Below are positions 49,739 to 61,217 of a stretch of DNA of 64,000 nucleotides, piece after piece; position 1 is the first letter of the stretch, and each line of letters starts with the position of its first letter. The DNA lies in the NCBI GenBank assembly GCA_000388065.2, contig KB932207.1; one strand, 5' to 3'. This stretch comes from Fonticula alba ATCC 38817 (lineage: Eukaryota > Protista > Nucleariida). The translations under genes were made by a program, and so were the position numbers. The notes under the pieces were generated by a model that did not search any database, was not told where the DNA came from, and saw only the letters and a program-made list of their open reading frames with translations.

Positions 49739-50813
49739 GCCGAGGGTGGGGGGTGAGCGAAGAGAAGAAGAACAAAGGGAGGGGGAGGGAGAGACAAGAC
49801 ACTGCCCCGGCTGGGGATACAAGTAAAGAGGGGGCAGTCGGCAGGGGGAGGGGGAGGGGGAGGAAGCCATGGATGCCTAAGCCCGGGCTCGGCCAGTCAC
49901 CCTACCCCTCCTGAAAAGATCCAGGGGCCCCAGCTGCGGCTGCGGTGGCGGGCGCAATTCGACACCAAGCGGGCGCCGGATTGCCGGGCAGCAAGGGGCA
50001 TTTGACTCACCTCCCCCCGAGGTGGCCGATCTCCTCCAGAATCCAGGGGCCAACCCGGGGAGGACCAGCAGAGGGAGGCGCGGGAATGTGGCCGAGCCGC
50101 CCCGGCCCCGCCCCCCGCCTTCCCCCCCCCCCCTCCGGGCACCGGACGAGGGGCCCATCCGCCAAAAGACCACGGCCGGGAGTGGAAATTAACACTTCGC
50201 CCGTGTTCGCGACCCACCGCCAGGGGGTCCCAGGCTCGAGCCAAGAAAAGAACCGGTAAAAAGCAGGCACCAAGCACATTCCCCCTCCCCCGCCCGCCGG
50301 AGACCATCCCTCCGCACACCCCCGGGCACCGCTCCTCGCCCCCCTCCCCATCCGGCCTGAAAAAGGTGACATCGCTCTGGGTATGCGCGCGCCGGGCGAC
50401 TGGGTGTCGTTGTCCTCCTCACCATCCTCACCGTCCTCCGCCGGAGGACTGGCCCGCCACGCTCCGGGAGGGCCCCGCGCTCCGGGGCCGATCGGCGCGC
50501 GCGCTCCGCCGGTCCGCCGGGACGAGAAGGGACGGGATCACGCCTCCACGCGCCCGCGCACGTGCATCCTGCTATCGCTTCCAATGGCATTCGAACCGGC
50601 CAGGCCAACAGCCGTCGCCAGGCAAGCGGTCCCCGGGGACGGGGCGGGCGGGAGGGGCTGGATAATGCGCACCGAAACATGGACATCGCCCGACGGTGAG
50701 CAGCGCGCATGCACACACGCACACACACACACACACACNNNNNNNNNNNNNNNNNNNNNNNNNNNNNNNNNNNNNNNNNNNNNNNNNNNNNNNNNNNNNN
50801 NNNNNNNNNNNNN

Positions 50814-50855
<42 letters not shown>

Positions 50856-50996
50856 TATCGCGTCCTATTCCCACACGGGTGGAGGGCGTGTATTTGATTC
50901 ATCCTGTAGGGGCGCGGCTTGCTCCTTTGTTCCCCCTCCTTCGGTCCCGCATCGGGCGATGCATGGGGCCGAGGTCAGGCGAAGGAAGGGGACAGC

Positions 50997-51789
50997 CTAG
51001 TCGCGGCTCTCAGCGCCAGCCTCAGGGTCCGGTCGGCGGTTGGACCCCGGGCTCTGAGCACGCCGGGGCTCCTCGAGGCTCCGATCGCGGCTGCGGCCAC
51101 GGCTCCGATCGCGCTTGCGATCGCGGCTCCGGTCCCGACTACGGTCGCGCTTGCGGTCGCGGCTCCGGTCGCGGCTCCGGTCGCGGCGGCGACTGCGGCT
51201 CTCGCGGTCGCGGCTCCGGTCCCGACGGTCCGACCGCCGGTCCGACCGCCGGTCGTCATCGCGTACCGGAGACCGAGACCCGGGGCTGTGGCTCCGGTTG
51301 TCCGCCTCGTCGTGAGGCGATTGTGACCGGCTGCGGCGGCGCTCATGTCGCCGCGACCGCCGCCGCGACCGCCGCCGATCGCGACTGTCGCTGCGGCTGC
51401 GCGAGCGGCGGCGCTCACGCCGGGAGGACCGCCGCCGCCGGCTCCGGCGATCGTCCTCAGACTCGGACTCCGACCCGCTGTCGCCATCGGAGGCAGAGGA
51501 CCCGGAGGGGGACTCCTCGCGGCGGCGCTCGCGCTCGCGCTTGCGCGCGTGCTCGCGCAGCATCTTCTTCCGATGCCGGATCAAGTTCTCCGAATGGTCC
51601 GACGGCTCGGTGTAGGCCTTCGGCTCGTCTTTCCCCTTCTCACGGTGCCATTCCTCCCTGCAGCCAGTCCGGAGGGCATCATGAAGGTCAGTGACAGGCA
51701 GCTAGGCCGGGGCAGGGAGGGCGGCAGGCCACGCACCAGCTAAGCCCGGCCTTCTTGCGAAGGGCGATCTTTTCCTGGATTGTGAACAT
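50997..51789 (-). CDS. RS/RD-rich nuclear protein of about 237 aa, possibly FAM133-like; exons 51789-51737 and 51657-50997
   Basis: Seen: spliced MFTIQEKIALRKKAGLSW|EEWHREKGK...ENLIRHRKKML followed by an RS/RDRS tail; spliced length 714 nt, in frame. Weak remembered resemblance to FAM133 (TIQD...PTWEE...LEKHREKLL). Confidence 0.65.
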
Positions 51790-51857
51790 GGTGGTGGCGG
51801 CGGTGGCGAACGGGGAGGCTGAGCGCTATGGATGCAGGTGTCGTAGTGTGTCGTTGT

Positions 51858-51938
51858 GGGTGCGGGTGCGGGAGCGGGTGCGGGTGCGGGTGCGGGTGCG
51901 GGTGCGGGTGCGGGTGCGGGTGCGGGAGCGGGTGCGGG
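51858..51938 (+). repeat. (GTGCGG)n hexamer repeat upstream of the RS-rich gene
   Basis: Seen: about 13 units, two of them with GAGCGG variants. Confidence 0.9.
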
Positions 51939-52787
51939 TGTGCTTGAGTGTGAAGGTGCTGTTCTCCTTGGCGAGGAGGGGGGGGGGGGAGGCGGGAGGG
52001 CAGAAGGGTGGTGGAGGGGCGTCTGTTCTGCCCGTACGGTGGCCGGGGTTAAGCGCCGACGTTCCTTTTCGAGGCCCCTACGTTTGGCCCACAGCCGTTG
52101 ACCAAGCCCACGGCCTCACTGCGTGGTCAGCTCCCTGCACTGGTCCGGGGCAGCCACCGGCGGACCAGTGGGCTAATCCGCCGCCGGTCACGGGGCCCCT
52201 CGTCACGGGGCCCGGGTCCAAGGGCTGCCCCTGTTTGCCCTTCCGCCGGTCTCCCTGCGAAGGTGGGGGGGGGGGGGCGGCGGCCCGGCGAGCGCCGAGT
52301 TTTTTCGTGCGCGCCCCCCCCTCCCGCTGTTGCCCCGCGTCTCTCCACCGCGTACCGAGGTAGCGGTCCGACACAGCAACAGCGGGCAAGAACAATGCCC
52401 CCCCCCCCCCCCCCCCCCCTCCCGGCTGGCCACCCGGCCGGCCCTGGGACGAGGGGGGGGGGCGGGCGAAGCCCCCAGAGGAGGTCGGGCAAGGTACACC
52501 ACCCCAGCCAGGGGGCGAGGGGCGAAGGACCCGCATTTTTCGGAACCGTCCCCCAAGCCGCGGCCCCTTTGTTGGGCTTGGAGACACAGGATTGTTTTTT
52601 TTTCCATTTCTCCCCCCTCCCTGCACCCCTGCTCACTGTACGGGATCGCACCCCNNNNNNNNNNNNNNNNNNNNNNNNNNNNNNNNNNNNNNNNNNNNNN
52701 NNNNNNNNNNNNNNNNNNNNNNNNNNNCCCCCCGCGCCCCTGCTGACCCAGCCTTGCCCCTCTCGCACCTCCTCCCTGCAGCAAACC

Positions 52788-54185
52788 ATGTGGAAGAGCG
52801 CCACCTCCAACGTCCCTCCCCCCCGCGTCAACACCATCGCCAACACCCATGACGATGATGACGACTGGGATACCGACCCCACCTTTGTGGTGCGCCGCAT
52901 GCCCTTCGCGCCTCGCCCTGTGCTCCTGCCCCCGCCCTGACGCCTTACTGCTCGCCCATCCTCAGAACGACGTCTCCGAGCGCGAGCAGCGCTTCGGGTC
53001 CAAGACCGTGGCCAACTCCGGCCGCACCGAGGAGGTGATCGACATCCATGCCCTCCGCTCGACCACCATCCACACTCACGAGAGCAAGGTCCGCTCCGAG
53101 TATGAGGCCCGGTGCGTGGACAAGCCCCCGTCCCCCCTCCCCGGTGGCGCCCCCCTCCCCCCCCCCTCCTTCTCTCCCTGCCTCTCCCTTCACCTTCTCG
53201 CCCTTCCCCCGTGTGGCCTCCTTCGGCAACTGACCTGCTGGGGCGACGACAACAACAAATGCTCGGCCCATGACACGGCACCCGCAGCGGCAAGTTCTCC
53301 TTCGGCTATGGCGGCGCGCATGGCGTGCACAACAGCGACCAGTCGGTCGGCACCTCGGCCTCCCCGGCCGCCCATGAGTCCGTGCCGAAGTACGTTCCCC
53401 CGACCAAGACCGAGGTCTCGGCCCCGGCCTCCAGCCTGCGCAGCAAGTTCGAGTCCCTGTCGATGGCCAACGAGAATGCCGCCCGCCAGGAGGAGGAGGA
53501 GGCTCGTCGTCGTCGCGAGGAGGCCGATCGCCGGGAGCAGGAGCGCCTTGCCCGCCAGGAGCAGGAGCGCCTCGCCCGCGAGGAGGCCGACCAGCAGCGC
53601 CAGGAGGCCGCGCGCCAGGCCGAGCAGGAGCGCCTGGCCCGTGAGCAGGAGGCCGACCGCGAGGCGGCCGCCGCTCGCCAGGCTGAGCAGGCCCACCAGA
53701 CTGCCGAGGCCGATGCCGAGCGCGCCGAGCAGGAGCGCTACGCCCGCGAGCAGGCCGAGTACCAGGCCGAGCAGGAGCGCTACGCCCGCGAGCAGGCCGA
53801 GTACGAGGCTCAGCAGGCTGCGTATGAGGCCCAGCAGGCCGAGTATGAGGCCCAGCAGGCTGCCGCCGCCGCCGAGGCCGAGGCCGCCGCTGCCGCCGCC
53901 GAGGCCGAGGCCGCCGCCGCCGCCGCCGCTGCCGAGGCTGAGGCCGCCGCCGCCGCTGCTGCCGCCGCCGCCGAGGCCGCTACTCCCGCCGCCGACGGCG
54001 CTGCCGCCGATGAGGGGACCACCGCCATCGCCCTGTACGACTACGCCGCTGCCGATTCTGACGAGCTGACCCTCTACGAGGGTGCGCGCCTGACTCAGAT
54101 CGAGGTTGTCGATGAGAACTGGTGGCGTGGCTACTGCGATGGCAACTACGGCATGTTCCCCTCGAACTATGTTGAGCTCCAGTAA
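52788..54185 (+). CDS. CTTN: Cortactin/HS1 homologue; exons 52788-52889, 52966-53111, 53288-54185
   Basis: Seen: MWKSA...DDDDDWDTDPTFV|NDVSEREQRFGSKTVANSG...IDIHALR (cf. cortactin MWKAS...[29 protein letters not shown]...INIHKLR). Then FSFGYGGAHGV, SSLRSKFESL, a coiled coil and a C-terminal SH3 (AIALYDY...DELT...WWRG...GMFPSNYVEL). Confidence 0.9.
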
Positions 54186-54790
54186 AATGGCCACCGCACC
54201 CTCCCCTCCTTTCCCCGGCATGCGGGTGCGCGTGTCTGCCTTTTCGGTCGGAAGGACGGACGGCCCGTGCGGCAAGCGCCGCTCTCGTCCCTCCTTCCCC
54301 CCTTTGTCTGTCTCTCTGCCTTTCCCCCCCACCCCCCTGTCCGCACGGCAAACATGCCGAGAGGGGAGAGGTGCTGCGTGGGTTTCTCTCACTCCTCGCC
54401 GCGCACAGCCCTCTGCGCGGCCGCGCCCTCCCCTCCCAACATGTGCATGCGCATGCAATACATACGAATAGTTACGCCCCTGGTTGCATGCGTGCTTTGG
54501 GTGCACATGCACATCCAGGCCGACCCGGCGGCGGGGGGTGTGGGGGAGGGAGCACCGGGGGGGGGGGGGGGGGGTCCGGGACGTGCCGCAGCTGTTCGGC
54601 GGCATACTGCGCGGTGCCCCAGCGATATGGGGGGCAGGGGGCGAGGTGGGGCGGGATGCGGTCACCACCCCCGGGGGGGGGGGCAAATGCCGACGGACGC
54701 CCCCCTCCCCCATGCGCGCCACCATGGGGCTCTCTGATCGGGCCCGGGGCCAGAGAGCCGCGCTGACGACGCCGCCCACACACACACGTA

Positions 54791-54822
<32 letters not shown>

Positions 54823-55225
54823 CGAGGAAGGGGGGCACCCGGATACGTGTGTGAACAGGGGGAGGGGCGGGCGGGGGACGCTGCTGGTGATTGGCAGTCG
54901 GCAGGGCCCATCCGCGGGCCGGAAGCGGCCAGCGGGGGATCCCCGCCCGCGACCGTGCCGTCAGACAGATCCGAGCACATGGGTGCAGGCGCCGCCGGAC
55001 GCCCCTTCAAGAGCAGGCATCCCGTGCGCCGGGCTCATGCCTCCTAGCGAATAGCCCCCCCTTCTCCCCCTTGCCTCCTCCCTCCTTCGCCGCCTTTGCT
55101 TGCCGGCCCCACCCCACACGCGCACGCGATCTCGCCCAAAGGCAGCATACGGCACGGATTCGCTGCACCTGCCCTGGCCTTTTTCCTGGCCCCTCCCCCC
55201 GCTCTCCGGTCCTCCTCCCTTGCGT

Positions 55226-58200
55226 ATGTCCCTGGTCCGCGCAGCTGCCCGACTCGGCGGAGGCGGCCTGCGACCGCCTGCGGTTCCCCTTGGCACATTT
55301 GCACTTGCCGGGCGCCGGGGGTGCCCAGCCCCTGCCTCGGCTCTCCGAGCCTTCGCCACCGGAGCGATGCCACGCGAGAGCGAGCCTACGCCTCGGCCAC
55401 GAGTGCCGCCCGGCCTGGGCTTTGGCGACCCGACCGTCGCGCCGCAGCCGGCCAACGTCCACATGACGCCGCTCACTCGGCCGGACACTCGCCCGATGGC
55501 CGGCACCCAGTCACAGACGTCCGATCCAGTCCGCCGGAACGCCGTCGGCATTCAGATGCTCTCGCGGAGTCTGCACGATCAACTTTTTTTGCGCAAGAAA
55601 GGCCGGGACATTTTGGCCCAAGCCCCCGCTGGCCGGCCCCAGTGGGTTGGCTACTCCGACGGCGGTATGGCCCTCCTGCCCTTTGACAGCGGCTCCCGCG
55701 CCTCTGCCCTCCCCCTCTCCGGCAACTAACCTCTGGGTGCCATCGCCGGCTGCTGTGCTGCCCGCCCCCCTCTCTGCCTCCCATCCTGCTTTTCGGCGCG
55801 GCGCGGCGCGGCGCGATGCGATGCGATGCGACACAATGCAAAGGCGCCGCCTCAGCCGAAATGTCCACCGATGGGTTCCGCCTGTCGGCCGAAAACTTCC
55901 GCACCATCAAGGAAGTGCTGACAGCGCACCGGCTGTGGAACCCGCCGACCACCGAGCCCGGGTCCACTCCTCCTGGCGACCCGACGGTGGACTTCCACCT
56001 GCCACCCTTGTACGGCTCCACCGTGGCCGAGCATCTGCAAGAGGTCCGTGCCCTCGGTCCATTCGCTTGCTTTTCGCGGGGGNNNNNNNNNNNNNNNNNN
56101 NNNNNNNNNNNNNNNNNNNNNNGGGCGCGCACCTGTCCTCATGCACGCGCACGCGCACGCGCACGCGTACAGACACACACACACATGCACCCATAAGGAC
56201 AGATGCATCAGTCCTCTTCCTGACCATGTCGCCGCCGCTCCGTGCAGATTGGTCAGCAGCAAGCGGCCCCCGTGTTGGATCGGGTGTCCCTGCTCCTCGA
56301 GCGACCGGCCTCCTCCATTCCCTTTCCATCGACCTGGCGCGTGGCCCCAGGATGGTCCTTCTACCCCTTCATCAAGGATGGCAACACGGACACCATCGGT
56401 GAGGGAGTCCCTTACACGGTGCGACTACTCTGGCCGGGGTCTCACGATGGAGCCCTCTTCCCCGGTGGCCATCCACTGACTCGACTGTCGACTCCCCCCG
56501 CCCCCCCCCCCCCGATTAGGACCCGCTCCCCTCGTCGCTGGTCTTCGATGTGGAGGTATGCCCGGCAGACTCGCCCCATCCGATTGTGGTGGCTGCCCTG
56601 AGTCCAGGGCTCGGGTGGTTTACGTGGCTTTCGAATCGCTTCCTGGATGTCGGCCAGTCGCCGCCGGAGGTATGTCCTCGTATGCTTGGCCTCCGGGGCT
56701 TTTTGGGTGCCCTGCCATGCGGCACCGCGTCGCGCGGCCCGGCCCGGCTCGGCCCGGCCCGGCCCGGCCCGGCTTCACAGCGCCGGCCGATATGCTCACA
56801 CCCTTTTCTTCGCAGCTTCTCCCCATCGGCCCGGCCCCGGGCGACGGCCCGCGACTGCTTGTCGGGCACAACGTCGGCTTCGATCGAGCCCGCGTGCTGG
56901 AGGAGTATCACCTCACCCCCTCGGAGGACGTGTACCTGGACACCATGAGTCTGCATATGGCGGTGGCCGGGCTGACCAGCCTGCAGCGCGCCCAGTGGAA
57001 GCGCCATCGGAATGAGCCCGACCCGGTGTTCAGCTCGCCGGAAGAGGCCGAGGAGGAGGCCCTGCACTCGATGCTCTTTTCGACGCACGATTCGCAGACA
57101 GACTGGAAGGGCTCCGGCTCGGCCAACAGCCTGGTCGATGTGTATCGGTTCTACGTCGGCGGGGAGCTGGACAAGAGCGACCGGAACTACTTCCTGATGG
57201 ACTCACTGGAGGCCCTGCGCAAGGCGGTCGATGTGCCGGCCCTGCTGGCCTACACGGCCGGCGATGTCCTGGCCACGCTGGCTGTCTTTCAGGCGGTCTT
57301 CCCCCGGTTCCAAGCCAAGTGCCCGCATCCGATTTCCCTGGTGGGCATGGTGGAGATGGGCAAGTGCTACCTGCCGGTGACGGAGAACTGGGAAGAGTAC
57401 GTGTCATGAGGTGGCGGGACGGGGTGGGAAGGGGGGGGGGGGGGGGGGACGGATGTCATGCAGCCACCCGCCCCGGCTCTCTCGCCTGCCATGGTCGGGG
57501 CTCTTGCTTTGGGCTCTGACGTGTGCGCTCGCTTGTCCCGGGTTGCGCCAGGTTTAAGGCCTCGGCCGAGTCTCGGCTGGTGGATATGCAAAAGCAGTCG
57601 GCCACCGGGCTGTATCGGCTGCTGGATGAGTCTCTGGCCGCCGGGCCGCCGCTCATGATGCCCGAGGGGCCCTATTCGCCTGAGGCCCTGCTGGAGGGGG
57701 AGAACTCGGCCGAGTGGCAGGAGGCCTTTGCCCGGTCGGCCGCCAGCAAGGATCCCTGGCTGAAGCGCCTCGACTGGACGCCCAACCCCCTGCGCATGAC
57801 CAAACCCAAGTACAAGAAGGACGGCTCGTATGCCAAGGGCGGCGAGCCGCGCCCGGTGTCTCGGCAGCGCCTTCCCGGCTACCCCAGCTGGTTCCGGGAG
57901 CTGTGCCCCTCGTCGGAGCCGGAGCCGCGTGTGACCACCCGAACGCGCATTACGCCGTACCTGCTGAAGCTCCAGTGGCAGGGGTTCCCGCTGCACTATG
58001 TCCCGGACCAGGGGTGGGGTTTCATTGTGCCGTAGTGCGTGTGAGATGAGCCCTCCCTGTTGGGCTCCTTTCTTTTCCTCCTCTTTCTCCTTTTCCCACC
58101 TCTCCCCCTGCCCTGGTGGCTGCTCCCGTTGTACATTGAGCTGCTCGCTTTTCGATGGGCCGCCTCGGGGGCCGCTCCCGCCTTTGTCCTTCGGCTTTGC

Positions 58201-58257
58201 CCGCCCTGCTCACCCACCGCGCCCTCCCCTCGCCTTCCCCCCCCCCTCACACACACG

Positions 58258-58310
<53 letters not shown>

Positions 58311-60516
58311 CGACAAGGTGGACAGCATCCAGTCCAATGCCTCGCCGCTTCCCCTGGACCCGGACGACCCGAAATCGGAATGCTTCTTCCCGATCCCGCA
58401 CAAGGATGGCCCGGACGCCCGGTGCGGGAATCCCCTCTCCAAAGACTACCTGTCGGCCATCGAGACCGGGCTCCTGACATCGGTGTACCCGGTGGCGCGG
58501 GAGGTGCTCCGGTCGAATTCCGTCTGCTCGTACTGGATGTCCGCTCGGTCGCGGGTCTTCCAGCAATTTGTGGCGTACGCCGAGGAGCCCGGCTTGCAGG
58601 GCTGGGCCCAGGGGTACCCGATGGCCGGGAGGCTGCTGGCGCCGCGCCAGGGAGAGGACGACCCCCGGGGCCCGGCCATGACAGAGGCCGATCGGCAGGC
58701 CGCGCTGGCCGATCTGCCCCTGGGGTCTGGCGTGCCGGCCGCGGCGGAAGACCACCCGGCCTCCGGCCCAACGGCCTGGACGTCGGCCACGCGTGGCCGG
58801 GATGGCTACCGGCTGGGTGCCATCATCCCGAAGGTTGTCACCGCCGGCACGGTGACCCGGCGGGCGGTCGAGCCGACCTGGATGACGGCCAGCAACCCGC
58901 GCCCGGGCCTGCTGGCATCGGAGCTGAAGGCCACGGTGCGCGCCCCGCCGGGCTACGTCTTTGTCGGGGCCGACGTCGACAGCCAGGAGCTCTGGATCTC
59001 GGCCCTGCTGGGCGACGCGTCGCTCGGCATCCATGGGTCCACGGCCTTCGGGTGGATGACCTTGCAGGGAAGCCGCAAGGCGGGGACCGATTTGCACAGC
59101 CGCACGGCCGAAATTCTCGGCATCAGCCGCGACCATGCCAAGGTCTTCAACTACAGCCGAATCTATGGGGCTGGGCAGAAGTACGCTCTTGAAGGGGCCC
59201 CGGGCCGGCGGGTGGCTGTCCCTTGGGCGGTCTGTTGCTTCGATCGTGGGCTGATTACAAATGCTTGTCATGCTTACCGTCTCTCCTTCCCCATCCTTTC
59301 TCCATCTCCCCCTTCGCCTGTGTCTCCATCTCCTTCTTCGCCTCCTTTTCCATGTCCCGCCTCCTTTTCCATCTCCCGCCTCCTTTTCCATCTCCCGCCT
59401 CCTTTTCCATCTCCCGCCTCCTTTTCCATCTCCCGCCTCCTTTTCCATCTCCCGCCTCTTTTTCCATCTCCTTCTTCGCCTCTTTTTCCTTCTTCGTTCC
59501 ATCTCCTTCTTCGCCTCTTTTTCCATCTCCTTCTTCGCCTATGTCTCCGTCTCTGTCTCCCCCTCTCCACCTCGCTCGTCTGTCCTCCCCTCCTTCTCTC
59601 CTGGCCCCTTGCCGGCCATCTGCACAGGCACGCCATCCAGCTGATGCTGCAATTCAACAAGAGCCTCACATACGAAGAGGCCTCTCGCCGGGCCTTCGAG
59701 CTGTATCGGCAAACCAAGGGCAGCCGGCAGCCGGCCAACAACCAGCCAGCCACTCGTCCCGGCACCTGGCGGAAGCGCCATGCCACCACCAAGACCGTCT
59801 GGCACGGCGGCACGGAATCCTTCATGTTCAATGCCCTGGAGCGCATTGCCACGTCGCGCAACCCCCGGACGCCGACTCTTGGCTGCGCCATCTCGGACGC
59901 ACTGCACCCGAGCACGGTGGGCACGAACTTCATGACCTCGCGCGTGAATTGGGTGGTCCAATCCTCCGGTGTGGACTATTTGCACATGCTGCTGACGTGC
60001 ATGCGCTGGCTGTTGCGCATGCACGGCGGCGACCTGGAGCGGTCCACTCGCTTCATCATCTCCATCCATGATGAAGTGCGCCTCATGACACGCGAGGAGT
60101 ATGCCCCGCAGGTGTCGCTGGCGCTGCAAATCAGCAACCTCCTCACGCGGGCCATGTTCGCCGAGAGCGTCGGCATGCCGGACTTGCCTCAGGTACGCGG
60201 TCCCCGTTGGCCCCATGTGTGGTGGCCCGTTGGTCGCGACGATGCACTGCCTCCTCCCCCCTTTCCGCGACTGACCCATTGCTTGGGGCCCTTCTTTTCG
60301 CTCGCTGCCGGCGGCAAACCGGGGGCAATCCCCCATGTTGCCCAGTCGGTGGCGTTCTTCAGCGCGGTGGATGTGGACCATGTCCTGCGTAAGGAGGTGG
60401 ACCTCACTTGTGTGACCCCGAGCAACCCCCTCCCCCTGGCCAGCGGCTACCGATTGGACATCCACGACACGCTGGCCCTGACGGCTGGCGGCAAATGGCC
60501 GACCGAGACGCCATGA
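55226..60516 (+). CDS. POLG: Mitochondrial DNA polymerase gamma (POLG/MIP1); multi-exon
   Basis: Seen: Arg/Ala-rich presequence and RNAVGIQML; exonuclease motifs FDVEV, GHNVGFDRAR, YTAGDV; polymerase motifs GADVDSQELWI, TDLHSRTA...AKVFNYSRIYGAG, SRVNWVVQSSGVDYLH and ISIHDEVR. Confidence 0.96.
59342..59460 (+). repeat. 19-bp minisatellite (CTCCTTTTCCATCTCCCGC) x about 6 in a POLG intron
   Basis: Seen directly. Confidence 0.85.
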
Positions 60517-61217
60517 TAGGCCCCCCCCCCCCCCCCCCTCCCCGGCGCCGGTGGTGGGGGTACGCCCCTGGAGGACGCGGGTGTTGGTGATGCCATCTTT
60601 CTCTCCTCCAGGAGCGGGAAACAAATACAGTTGTGGCACGTCCTGACACAAGGAAGGGCTCCGCACACACGTGCGGCTGGCGTAGGTGGGCATGGGGGCG
60701 GGGGCGCGCGTTGAGGAAAAAGCGCATTGAACATCGTAACAGCGCCAAATGCCGGGCAGGTGTGCAGTGAGAGGAGAGGGGGGAGCATATTGTGGTATTT
60801 CTCAAGGACAAGGGGGGGGGGGGGGGGCAGGGGGAGGAGGGGGAGAGGGGTGCTGTGCGCGCCTTCGCCAGCCGGGGATACGTGCGCACGGTGTGGCGCA
60901 CATGGAGGTCTCTCTCCCCGGCTCGCGGGATCTAGACAGGCTGCGCGGGCGCGGGTGCATCGCAAGCGCGAGCGGCAAAGCAGGGGCACACATGGCCATG
61001 TCCTGGCCATGCCATGCACATGCGCCGACTAGTACGCGACACGACACGCGTCCCTATGAAAATAAAAATTGGGAGGCATACACTGGAACACGGGGGGGGG
61101 GGGGGTGGAGACAGAAAAGAGAGGGGGAGGGAGAGAGGAGGAGGGGGGGGGGGAGGCGAGGGCGAGGGGCCGGAAACCACGGCACGCCGAGCCCTCGGGA
61201 AGGCGATAGGCCGGCCC

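Noticed and set aside
50585-50605. GGTTCGAAT T-loop-like motif on the minus strand (also near 5135-5150)
   Set aside because: There is no 5-bp T-stem or cloverleaf, and the second site lies in coding sequence. Not tRNAs.
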